Notes: generated by a model not told the origin, from the sequence alone. DNA of 64,000 nucleotides from Clostridia bacterium (GCA_045541035.1 JAZQII010000049.1:12225-76224); one strand, 5' to 3'. Shown: positions 39,658-45,406, counted from the first letter of the stretch. A program made the numbers and translations.

Positions 39658-39686
39658 TTGACAAGAAATGGTCTTTAAAGTATAAT
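39658..39686 (+). promoter_or_regulatory. consensus sigma-A promoter of the tRNA operon
   Basis: TTGACA - 17 nt - TATAAT. Confidence 0.7.
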
Positions 39687-39766
39687 AGGCAAGTAATCAA
39701 GAGAAGTTCTGCTTGAAAAGCAAAGCAGCTCTGGTGCTTAACAGAACTGTTGGTTGTTTGCTATAT

Positions 39767-39841
39767 GGCGCCTTGGTCAAGCGGTTAAGACATCGCCCTT
39801 TCACGGCGGTAACACGGGTTCGATTCCCGTAGGCGTCACCA
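39767..39841 (+). tRNA. tRNA-Glu (anticodon TTC)
   Basis: Acceptor GGCGCCT/AGGCGTC, anticodon loop CTTTCAC, T-loop TTCGATT, CCA. Confidence 0.9.
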
Positions 39842-39850
39842 TTTTTTATT

Positions 39851-39927
39851 GGGCTTTTAGCTCAGCTGGTCAGAGCGGTCGGCTCATAACCGATTGGTCC
39901 GGGGTTCGAGTCCCTGAAGGCCCACCA
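39851..39927 (+). tRNA. tRNA with CAT anticodon (Met family, probably lysidine-type tRNA-Ile2)
   Basis: Anticodon loop CTCATAA. As I recall it, the overall sequence closely resembles Bacillus tRNA-Ile(CAU). Identity as Met or Ile2 cannot be settled by eye. Confidence 0.8.
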
Positions 39928-39949
39928 GTTGCAAACAGCCTAACAAAAT

Positions 39950-40025
39950 GCCTTGGTAGCTCAGTCGGTAGAGCAGGGGACTGAAAATCCCCGTGTCGGT
40001 GGTTCGATTCCGCCCCAAGGCACCA
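39950..40025 (+). tRNA. tRNA-Phe (anticodon GAA)
   Basis: Anticodon stem GGGGA/TCCCC with loop CTGAAAA, T-loop TTCGATT, CCA. Confidence 0.9.
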
Positions 40026-40031
40026 CATAAT

Positions 40032-40107
40032 GCTGGTGTAGCTCAATTGGTAGAGCAGCTGATTTGTAATCAGCAGGTCGCGGGTTCGAGTCCCATCACC
40101 AGCTCCA
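40032..40107 (+). tRNA. tRNA-Thr (anticodon TGT)
   Basis: Anticodon stem GCTGA/TCAGC with loop TTTGTAA, T-loop TTCGAGT, CCA. Confidence 0.9.
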
Positions 40108-40112
40108 TAAAT

Positions 40113-40197
40113 GGAGAGATTCCCGAGCGGCCAAAGGGATCAGACTGTAAATCTGACGTCTTCGACTTCGATGGTTCGAATCCATCTCTCTCCACCA
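40113..40197 (+). tRNA. tRNA-Tyr (anticodon GTA), long variable arm
   Basis: Anticodon stem TCAGA/TCTGA with loop CTGTAAA, 85 nt with a variable arm, T-loop TTCGAAT, CCA. Confidence 0.9.
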
Positions 40198-40204
40198 AAT
40201 CAAT

Positions 40205-40231
40205 AAAAACCCCTGATTTTTAGGGGTTTTT
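40205..40231. terminator. bidirectional terminator at the tRNA operon / prophage junction
   Basis: AAAAACCCCT / AGGGGTTTTT hairpin. Confidence 0.7.
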
Positions 40232-40236
40232 AATTG

Positions 40237-40258
40237 TTTTGCACGAATTTTGCACGAA
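40237..40258. repeat. tandem direct 11-mer TTTTGCACGAA x2
   Basis: Two perfect adjacent copies between the terminator and the int stop codon. Confidence 0.8.
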
Positions 40259-40262
40259 TAAA

Positions 40263-41390
40263 CTATATCTTTAAAGATTCTAATATTTTTATTGCACGTT
40301 CTTCTTCACGAGGATAGAGGTGTGCATAAGTGTTCCAGGTTATTTCAACCTTACTATGCCCCAGACGTCGTGCAATTTCCTGAATATTGATTCCTTCATT
40401 AATTAGGAGGGTAGCGTGAGTGTGTCTGAAGTCGTGAACGCGGATGTGTGGAAGATTGGCAAGATCTGCATATTTGTTGTTGTAATTTGATATACTTGTG
40501 TCGGCAAGGCATTTAATTCCACCACAGATGCGAAAATCATCGGAAAAAGACTTATCTTGCATTTGACGTTGTTTGTGTTCGCTTAAGATGTCTAAAAGCT
40601 GTTTTGGGGCTTGTATATCCCTATATGATGTTTTATTTTTTGGCGGTGTTTCTACAAGAGTCTTTCCTTTTGCTTTTTGGTTTACTGAACGTCTTATATG
40701 AATAATATTATCTTCAATATCAGACCACTTTAAAGCATTGATTTCGCCTTTGCGCATGCCGGTATAAAAAGCAATATTAAAAAATACATAATAACCCCAA
40801 TCGGTAAGGGAATTACAGTGATTTTTTGCTACTTCAATAAAACTTTTAAATTGTTCAGCAGTATAATAGTGTAAGACATCCTGTGGCTTTGAAAAATCGG
40901 AAGCATCTTTGAAGGATCCTAATTTTACTAAAGGATTGCTTTTAAGATATTCCATCTTTACGGCAAAGTTAAGTAATGTGCGTAATTCGGTGTAAATGTT
41001 ATTTTTACTTGTTATCTTTAAATCTAACTCACCGATAGCGTTTTTCCATTTTTGTAGGACCTTCACGTTTAAATCGTTCAGGCGGGTGTTGCCTAAAATG
41101 GGAAGAATGTGCATATTTAATATGCGTGAAGATTTATCCAACGTTGATTCCCTAACTTCGTGCTTTTTTGCAGACTTATACTCTTCAAAAAGCTCATTAA
41201 CAGTCATTGCATCGTCAGGAATTTCGTTTTTTATTTCCTGCTGCATTATGCGTTCTGTGTAGGCGGCTGTATCTTTACCGTAAACTAATTTTGTTTTCTG
41301 ATGATATTTTCCGTTACTGTCGGTGTAGTTTATTACAACTTTATACTGAGAAATACCGTCTTTTTTCTTGTTTTGCTTATAAATGGGCAT
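40263..41390 (-). CDS. int: tyrosine-type site-specific integrase
   Basis: 375 aa. C-terminal catalytic signature ...GMRKGE..., HDFRHTHATLL, LGHSKVEITWNTYAHL. Confidence 0.9.
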   Translation of the reverse strand: MPIYKQNKKKDGISQYKVVINYTDSNGKYHQKTKLVYGKDTAAYTERIMQQEIKNEIPDDAMTVNELFEEYKSAKKHEVRESTLDKSSRILNMHILPILGNTRLNDLNVKVLQKWKNAIGELDLKITSKNNIYTELRTLLNFAVKMEYLKSNPLVKLGSFKDASDFSKPQDVLHYYTAEQFKSFIEVAKNHCNSLTDWGYYVFFNIAFYTGMRKGEINALKWSDIEDNIIHIRRSVNQKAKGKTLVETPPKNKTSYRDIQAPKQLLDILSEHKQRQMQDKSFSDDFRICGGIKCLADTSISNYNNKYADLANLPHIRVHDFRHTHATLLINEGINIQEIARRLGHSKVEITWNTYAHLYPREEERAIKILESLKI

Positions 41391-41405
41391 AAAAATACCT
41401 TTCTA

Positions 41406-41434
41406 TTGACAGAAAGGTGGATTTTGCCTATAAT
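41406..41434 (+). promoter_or_regulatory. perfect consensus sigma-A promoter
   Basis: TTGACA (41406-41411) - 17 nt - TATAAT (41429-41434), 16 nt from the int start codon on the opposite strand. Confidence 0.7.
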
Positions 41435-41440
41435 ATGTAT

Positions 41441-41518
41441 GTGTTTATGCATATTGGATCCTTTCTGCCGATATGTATTCCCCCCTTTGGTGTTGGTAGC
41501 GCCGAAGGGGATTTTTTA
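41441..41518 (+). ncRNA. candidate ~78-nt small RNA (promoter-to-terminator unit)
   Basis: Bounded by the consensus promoter above and the terminator below. No SD-preceded ORF. Antisense to the 3' end of the 77-aa gene transcript and to any read-through int leader. Confidence 0.5.
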
Positions 41519-41521
41519 TTT
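41482..41521 (+). terminator. strong intrinsic terminator (plus strand only)
   Basis: 11-bp stem CCCCTTTGGTG / CGCCGAAGGGG (two G-U pairs) with a 7-nt loop, followed by ATTTTTTATTT. The minus-strand version has no U-tract. Confidence 0.75.
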
Positions 41522-41749
41522 CTTTTTCTTTATGATATATCCAATTATTATTAAGATAATACCTATTATGATTAAAAAATTATATCCTAATAAATACATA
41601 AAATTAAAAGACGTCATTTCAGGGCCCCAATCCATCTCACCAATATTGGGTGTTGTTGGGCTTATACAGGATATAAATAACTGTATAACTACTAAAACAG
41701 CTCCGATAAGAATAGGCAAATTACCTTTTGAATCATTTTTGTTACTCAT
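41516..41749 (-). CDS. small two-TM membrane protein (prophage moron)
   Basis: 77 aa. AAGGGAG RBS. Two hydrophobic helices and a C-terminal KKKK. Confidence 0.6.
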   Translation of the reverse strand: MSNKNDSKGNLPILIGAVLVVIQLFISCISPTTPNIGEMDWGPEMTSFNFMYLLGYNFLIIIGIILIIIGYIIKKKK

Positions 41750-41766
41750 TTTATTAAGCTCCCTTT

Positions 41767-42387
41767 TTAATTGATTTTATATTTTGCAGAATAGACTTGG
41801 CTGTTTGAAAATACTAATATGTATAATGTATCGTAATTGGTAAAATAGTCGGAATAATCAGTAAGATAACCATCTTCAGTAAATTCAAATACATCCATAC
41901 ATAAATTTTTACCTAAAAAATATTCTCTTTCGGTGATATATTGGTCGTCTTCATAAAATCCAAAATAGCAAGTAATTGGAAGACTGTTCATATAGTAATC
42001 TGTACCTTGGGTGCAAATTGTTTCTATATCAAAATCCGTAAATTTAATATCAAAATGGAGGTATCCGTCTTGTTCGTGGTGGTATCGAAGAACAAAATTT
42101 CCGGCATACCATGGTTCACCGTCTTTAATTTCGTATCCGTTATATGTGGCTTCAAACATTAAACGTAATACTTCGTGCCTGCTTTCTTGTTCATATTCAA
42201 ATTCATCATAGTGTATATCGAAAGATTCGTCCCAACCGTCTTGATAACCTTCCTCATAACCAAAACTATAGCCATCGGCATATTTTTCGTTTAAATCATC
42301 CCTGGTTATTATATCACAAGCGGATGTGCAAAGGACTAATGATATACATAACGTTATACAGCAAATTACATAAAAAAATTTCTTCAT
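41767..42387 (-). CDS. prophage-encoded lipoprotein
   Basis: Signal peptide with lipobox (LVLCTSAC). The mature part is rich in D/E/Y. Located between int and the repressor. Confidence 0.65.
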   Translation of the reverse strand: MKKFFYVICCITLCISLVLCTSACDIITRDDLNEKYADGYSFGYEEGYQDGWDESFDIHYDEFEYEQESRHEVLRLMFEATYNGYEIKDGEPWYAGNFVLRYHHEQDGYLHFDIKFTDFDIETICTQGTDYYMNSLPITCYFGFYEDDQYITEREYFLGKNLCMDVFEFTEDGYLTDYSDYFTNYDTLYILVFSNSQVYSAKYKIN

Positions 42388-42420
42388 ATTTTTAATTCAA
42401 TTCTGCAAATAACAAAAAGG

Positions 42421-43062
42421 TTAATCAATCTTTCTAATCAATAATTTCGGCACACCTAAAACAAGACATTGTTCAAGGTCGGAGCCGATTATTTTTTTTG
42501 TGGGATATAAAGAGTTTAGAGGGATTAAGCGCATCCAATCTTCATCTTGCACATATTCAACTCTTTTTAACGTCGCAGAATCACCATCATAAATAATAGC
42601 GCCAATTTGACCGCTATGATCAAGAGAACTCTGTTTTTGTATTAAAACACAATCACCATCTTGATAGTCGGGGAACATAGAATCGCCTTTTACGCGGAGT
42701 ACAAAATAATTTTCACGACTTCCTTTTAAATAACTGCTCGGAATCTCTATTTCTTCACCGTCCCAAGATTCTTCTGCTATGCCATTGTAACCTGCTGCAA
42801 TTTCGCCAATAACTTTAAAAGTGGTTGTGTCTTTGGTTAAAATGGGAGATTTGTATTCAAATTCTCTTTTTCCGTGAAGCGCTTCCATTGATATATTAAA
42901 AAAATCAGCAATAGCTTCTTTTGTTTCATAATCAGGTTCACGTAAACCACTTTCGTACATACTTATAGTACTGTTTGCAACATTAAGTGCTTTCGCCAAT
43001 TCTGATTGGGTTAATTCACGAGATGTGCGCAAATTTCGTAAAATAATACTAAAACTACTCAT
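42421..43062 (-). CDS. CI-like repressor (XRE HTH + S24 LexA-type peptidase domain)
   Basis: N-terminal LTQSELAKALNVANSTISMYESG HTH. C-terminal GDSMFPDYQDGD... with a downstream Lys (LKRV). GGAGG RBS. Confidence 0.9.
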   Translation of the reverse strand: MSSFSIILRNLRTSRELTQSELAKALNVANSTISMYESGLREPDYETKEAIADFFNISMEALHGKREFEYKSPILTKDTTTFKVIGEIAAGYNGIAEESWDGEEIEIPSSYLKGSRENYFVLRVKGDSMFPDYQDGDCVLIQKQSSLDHSGQIGAIIYDGDSATLKRVEYVQDEDWMRLIPLNSLYPTKKIIGSDLEQCLVLGVPKLLIRKID

Positions 43063-43082
43063 TTTAGACCTCCTTTATGCCT

Positions 43083-43112
43083 ATTATATATGGAAAAACA
43101 CTAATTAGTCAA
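43083..43112 (-). promoter_or_regulatory. putative repressor-maintenance promoter
   Basis: Minus strand TTGACT - 18 nt - TATAAT. Confidence 0.55.
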
Positions 43113-43120
43113 TAAAAAAA

Positions 43121-43217
43121 TTCACAAAATGTAAAAATATCACAAAATGTGAAAAAACACCTTGACATACTTCACAAAATGTGATAATATTAAGACGTAA
43201 ACTTCACAAAAGGTGAA
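43121..43217. promoter_or_regulatory. four operator-like 15-bp palindromes (consensus TTCACAAAATGTGAA)
   Basis: Copies at 43121-43135, 43139-43153, 43171-43185 and 43203-43217. Centre spacings are 18, 32 and 32 bp. Confidence 0.75.
43162..43190 (+). promoter_or_regulatory. early lytic promoter (P-cro)
   Basis: TTGACA - 17 nt - TAATAT, with the third operator in the spacer. Confidence 0.65.
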
Positions 43218-43228
43218 AGGAGTATCAT

Positions 43229-43429
43229 ATGTTAAATGTAAATGTAGGAGAAAAACTTATTACATTAAGAGGAAAGAAAACACAAGAAGCAGTTGCAAAA
43301 GGTGTTGGCATAAGTGTTTCTGCACTTTCGATGTATGAGCAAAACTTGAGGATTCCTAGAGATGAAATAAAAATAAAACTCGCGCATTATTATGGGACAA
43401 CTGTAGGAAAACTTTTTTTTGAAAAATAA
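43229..43429 (+). CDS. Cro-like XRE HTH protein
   Basis: 66 aa with QEAVAKGVGISVSALSMYEQ HTH. Divergent from the repressor gene. Confidence 0.85.
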   Translation: MLNVNVGEKLITLRGKKTQEAVAKGVGISVSALSMYEQNLRIPRDEIKIKLAHYYGTTVGKLFFEK

Positions 43430-43430
43430 A

Positions 43431-43445
43431 TTCACAGATTGTGAA
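43431..43445. promoter_or_regulatory. fifth operator-like palindrome
   Basis: TTCACAGATTGTGAA immediately after the cro stop, followed by GTTATTTTTT. Confidence 0.5.
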
Positions 43446-43511
43446 GTTATTTTTTCGTACATATAAGAATTGTCGCCAAACAAAACTAAAAAAGCGAAGA
43501 AAGGAGCTAAT

Positions 43512-43676
43512 ATGAACTCAATAAGTTATTTGATTTTATTACTTGTGAGCAATTACATTGGTATAAGCCTTGGCTTTGCATGGAGTTGGAAAGATAAGGA
43601 AAAGGCAAAGTCAGTTGGATTACGTGCTTTGTTTTTTGGATTTGGCTCGTTATTCGGTTGGTTTTTAGCTATCTGA
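43512..43676 (+). CDS. small two-TM membrane protein
   Basis: 54 aa from ATG 43512 (AAAGGAG RBS). Confidence 0.5.
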   Translation: MNSISYLILLLVSNYIGISLGFAWSWKDKEKAKSVGLRALFFGFGSLFGWFLAI

Positions 43677-44063
43677 TTCTAAAGAAACCATATCAAGTAT
43701 CTTGGTTCGCGTTTCTCTTATTTTTAAAAACTCTGAATTTGTTATTTGATTATCAAGATCTTTTAGTAGCGGAATCACATTTTGGGATGCAAAGGGAATA
43801 TAACTTGAAACCGCTTTTAATGAATTTGTACGTTCAATGTTATTTTTTGTAACACAATATCTGTCTACGCTGGTCATCATTTCCGAAAAAAACTTAGCTT
43901 TTGCAATGTTTTTTGAGTTGGCAAATTGAAAAGATAACTTTTTTTGTTCTTGTTTGTTATTTATTTTGCAAATGACAATAGAGGAAACTATGCTTAAAAT
44001 TGCACATATCAGCGGTTCAAATTGTTCAATTATGTTTGTTAATGACATAATAAATTCTTTCAT
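43665..44063 (-). CDS. hypothetical N-terminally anchored membrane protein (lysogeny orientation)
   Basis: 132 aa. AGGAGG RBS 7 nt upstream. One TM helix (PLICAILSIVSSIVICKI), then a helical domain. Its 3' end overlaps the convergent 54-aa gene by 12 nt. Confidence 0.65.
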   Translation of the reverse strand: MKEFIMSLTNIIEQFEPLICAILSIVSSIVICKINNKQEQKKLSFQFANSKNIAKAKFFSEMMTSVDRYCVTKNNIERTNSLKAVSSYIPFASQNVIPLLKDLDNQITNSEFLKIRETRTKILDMVSLESDS

Positions 44064-44124
44064 AAAAAGCCTCCTATTATTTTTTTATAGGATAGCACAA
44101 AAAACACCAAAAAACAAATAAATT

Positions 44125-44149
44125 TTTCGCACTCATAAAGAAACCGTCA
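44125..44149. repeat. left arm of the 25-nt inverted repeat
   Basis: TTTCGCACTCATAAAGAAACCGTCA. Confidence 0.9.
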
Positions 44150-44183
44150 AAAAAAGAAAGGCGTCTACAGCACATTTGTAGAT
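44150..44183 (-). terminator. third, weaker terminator-like hairpin
   Basis: Minus strand TCTACA / TGTAGA stem with a 7-nt loop, a 4-nt gap, then TTTCTTTTTTT. Confidence 0.4.
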
Positions 44184-44185
44184 GT

Positions 44186-44217
44186 AAAAGAAAAATGCCC
44201 GTAGATCTGGTACGGAC
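44186..44217 (-). terminator. second tandem intrinsic terminator
   Basis: Minus strand GTCCGTA / TACGGGC with a 7-nt loop, followed by ATTTTTCTTTT. Its single G-U pair would be a C-A mismatch on the plus strand. Confidence 0.65.
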
Positions 44218-44226
44218 ATTAGCTGT

Positions 44227-44262
44227 AAAAAAAAGAAACGCCCGTGGTGCTTTCACAGACGC
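44227..44262 (-). terminator. first tandem intrinsic terminator
   Basis: Minus strand CGTCTGTG / CACGGGCG with a 7-nt loop, followed by TTTCTTTTTTTT. Its two G-U pairs would be C-A mismatches on the plus strand. Confidence 0.7.
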
Positions 44263-44510
44263 AACTTTCCCGAATTTGTTCACCCTGACTTGATGCAATA
44301 CTTGAAAAGTTTAGCGGTCCTATGGTAGGGACTTAAACAAGGCAAGTATACAAGCAAAAGCACTACTTGTTTCTATCTCAAGTTGCATCACTTAAGCGGT
44401 TTCGGGTTCCGCTAATAAATTACTGCCCAAAGCATCAGCATTTAGCAGGGAACAGGCAGATGCAAAAATGTTTCCAATAGGAAATCACCTCACATTCTAC
44501 CCATTAGGGC
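44227..44510 (-). ncRNA. candidate ~280-nt structured non-coding RNA, unclassified
   Basis: Promoter-to-terminator unit on the minus strand with many hairpins and a long-range helix (44291-44305 with 44378-44390). No SD-preceded ORF. Confidence 0.5.
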
Positions 44511-44516
44511 AAGTAT

Positions 44517-44544
44517 ATTATAGCAGATTTTCTTAAAAAATCAA
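44517..44544 (-). promoter_or_regulatory. near-consensus sigma-A promoter
   Basis: Minus strand TTGATT - 16 nt - TATAAT, directly inside the right inverted repeat. Confidence 0.6.
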
Positions 44545-44545
44545 C

Positions 44546-44570
44546 TGACGGTTTCTTTATGGGTGCGAAA
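44546..44570. repeat. right arm of the 25-nt inverted repeat
   Basis: TGACGGTTTCTTTATGGGTGCGAAA, the reverse complement of the left arm with one mismatch. Confidence 0.9.
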
Positions 44571-44744
44571 TAAATAAAATAACCAGCCTCAAGCGAAGCA
44601 ATTAACTGCTTCGCACCTCCTAAATAATTTTTAAATTACACAACTGTTAATGGTATAGACAGATAATATGTTTTTCCTTTTATACATAAAGAAGCAAAGT
44701 GATTGCTTCGCTTGGGGTTGGAATCAAGAAAGGAACAAAAAACT

Positions 44745-45035
44745 ATGATGAGAATAAGTCCTCCTGCCAATTTTGAAATGGCGATAGAAATGTATTATGG
44801 CAAAGTTGAACTTTCTACTACAGATATTTGCAAATTGTTTAATGGATGTTCGCTTTCCTCGGCAAATAAATTAAAGAAGATTGCAAAAGATCTTATGCAA
44901 AAAGAAAATAGACTGCCCTGGAATTCAGGAAACGTTTTAACTGAGGTAGCATATCGGGCATGGAATATTGATATTCTCGATCTTGAGAAGCGTATGGCGA
45001 AATTACAAAAACTTCGGGAGAAAGCTGTAATATGA
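44745..45035 (+). CDS. phage early protein, hypothetical
   Basis: 96 aa from ATG 44745 (AAAGGAAC RBS). The track start at 44703 is a TTG inside a hairpin. Confidence 0.55.
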   Translation: MMRISPPANFEMAIEMYYGKVELSTTDICKLFNGCSLSSANKLKKIAKDLMQKENRLPWNSGNVLTEVAYRAWNIDILDLEKRMAKLQKLREKAVI

Positions 45036-45406
45036 GCAACCAGATATGTTGGAAATGCGATAGGGCTACAGGCGGTTGTTCATGGTCGAGCAAGGGGATC
45101 CCCGTAAAAGGTTGGAAAGCTAATAAGACTACAATAAAAGATAATATAACGTCTAATAGGATAATTGACTCTTATGAAGTGTTAAAATGTCCGCTGTTTG
45201 TTTCTGAACCATCAAGATCGAGAATAATGCCCGGCAATTTTATTACAATTTCAGAATTAAGCAAGCGGTTGAATCTTACTGAACATGAGTTTTTACAGTT
45301 GAGTGATGATGAAGCTATAAAAATTGTGGCATCCGTAGGTCTTGATATAAGCGTAAAACGGAATAAAAAGAATAGACGTCGCTTTATTTGGGAGGGGAAC
45401 TTATGA
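45032..45406 (+). CDS. phage early protein with N-terminal CxxC...C zinc-ribbon-like motif
   Basis: CWKCDRATGGCSWS. ATGA overlaps with both neighbours. Confidence 0.55.
   Translation: MSNQICWKCDRATGGCSWSSKGIPVKGWKANKTTIKDNITSNRIIDSYEVLKCPLFVSEPSRSRIMPGNFITISELSKRLNLTEHEFLQLSDDEAIKIVASVGLDISVKRNKKNRRRFIWEGNL

Noticed and set aside
39754-40223. Track ORFs 39754-39984 and 39993-40223
   Set aside because: They lie entirely within the five-tRNA operon and translate tRNA sequence.
41301-41774. 157-aa plus-strand track ORF overlapping the int start, the sRNA unit and the 77-aa gene
   Set aside because: It has no RBS and crosses a strong plus-strand terminator. Its Phe/Ile-rich composition is what the antisense of a membrane-protein gene would produce. 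The minus-strand 77-aa ORF has a good RBS and a sensible TM topology.
44077-44298. 73-aa minus-strand track ORF (MHQVRVNKFG...) inside the non-coding cassette
   Set aside because: It has no RBS. It runs straight through all three terminator hairpins and U-tracts, and its composition is odd (Phe/Cys/Arg-rich from poly-A/T tracts). I treat it as a by-product of the RNA cassette.
44227-44510. Known RNA classes for the candidate ncRNA: T-box leader, type III antitoxin repeats, retron msr/msd, OMEGA/bridge-type guide RNA, ROOL/GOLLD
   Set aside because: - T-box: CAGGGTGAAC only superficially resembles the T-box GGGTGGTACCGCG, and there is no specifier architecture.
- Type III antitoxin: there are no identical ~36-nt tandem repeats and no ToxN-like gene.
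- Retron and guide RNAs: no reverse transcriptase, IsrB/TnpB or IS110 recombinase gene is nearby.
- ROOL/GOLLD: the prophage context fits, but the transcript (~280 nt) is much shorter. I cannot recall their consensus well enough to claim identity, so a cmsearch is needed.
44117-44575. Target-site duplication (AATAAAT) flanking the 25-nt inverted repeats as proof of transposition
   Set aside because: The two copies are offset differently from the repeat ends (2 nt versus 0-1 nt), and the motif is trivially frequent in AT-rich DNA. I mention it only as weak support.
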